Positions 63,330 to 64,000 of a DNA stretch of 64,000 nt are shown piece after piece. The position numbers were made by a program, and so were the translations under genes. The DNA is from Octopus sinensis (Eukaryota), in contig NC_042999.1 of NCBI RefSeq assembly GCF_006345805.1, positions 110,174,001-110,238,000 of the forward strand, given 5' to 3'. The notes under the pieces are model-generated. The model searched no databases. It saw nothing but the letters and a program-made list of their open reading frames with translations, and was not told the origin of the DNA. Each line of letters starts with the position of its first letter. The stretch's first letter is position 1.

Positions 63330-63432
63330 ACGGATGTCTTTCAGATTTTGTCTACCTAATACATTCACAAGACATTGGTCGGCCTAGAACGTGCGCAAGC
63401 AAACTTCTTACCACACAGCAACTTCTGCGCCT
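63330..63432 (-). mobile_element. SINE family A, deleted 5' fragment
   Basis: TCTACCTAATACATTCACAAGACATTGGTCGGCC..AAGCAAACTTCTTACCACACAGC. Confidence 0.7.
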
Positions 63433-64000
63433 TAAAAATTCATGTATGTATCAGCACAAGAAAGATACTTCAGTAGCTGTTTTATAAAATGACTATAAAT
63501 TACAGAATATAAATTTACTTCAACCTACCCCTACCATTCTACCGTTCTGCCATTACGTTATGCTTTTTCACTCTGATTATTTTTAAACAATAAACATCTA
63601 TTCCAGAATTCTAATCTTGAATGCAACTAATATTTCTTATGTTATTTTCTGAATTGTTCATTTTATAAGTCCTCGAAGTTCAAGATGGCAAAAATTAAGG
63701 TCACAGACTAATATAAAAGAATAAACTAATTATAGAATAGAAAAATTAAATGGAAAAAATTTAATTCTTTAGAGCATATTCAAGCTCAATTTTTCTTGTG
63801 ATAAACACTGCTTGAAGAGTCGAACAAATAATGAAGGCGCCGGAAAAGAAATTAATTTTACAAACTAGAAAACCAATATAATTGTTTACGGCTTTTAGAC
63901 TCATGGATTTTAGGACCAATGTTGACAGACAATATAGAACCTGTTTGAACTCAAAACACGAAAAGTCTAGACCGCCTTGGCTTGCGGCATTTTTATCGAT

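Noticed and set aside
63809-63968. Long-stem hammerhead near the window end
   Set aside because: Both core words are mutated (TTGAAGA, AAAAC) and the stem register is off.

Overview
AT-rich, repeat-saturated eukaryotic DNA with no confidently identifiable host gene. The mix of tRNA-derived SINEs, RTE and R4/Dong LINE relics, Tc1/mariner, hAT and piggyBac MITEs and very dense microsatellites is what I would expect of a cephalopod (Octopus-like) intron or intergenic region; this taxon call is inference. Almost all ORFs in the supplied track are microsatellite or transposon artefacts. The most interesting signal is RNA-structural. About ten hammerhead-ribozyme (HHR) motifs, read by eye on both strands, sit mostly in short repeat fragments embedded in or next to (TA)n tracts, as expected for Penelope-like element (PLE) or retrozyme debris. 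Three have intact catalytic cores (22018-22100 +, 34802-34890 -, 63159-63247 +), and one carries an apparent compensatory G3-C8 swap of the catalytic tertiary pair (40089-40139 -). Other points of note are a candidate pseudoknotted RNA motif in an RTE-type 5' region (54746-54833), a 48/50/50-bp higher-order minisatellite next to a Tc1 relic, a perfect 58-bp inverted repeat enclosing a copy of neighbouring DNA, and a mariner relic with two left ends. Coordinates were counted by hand; ends of degenerate repeats are approximate.
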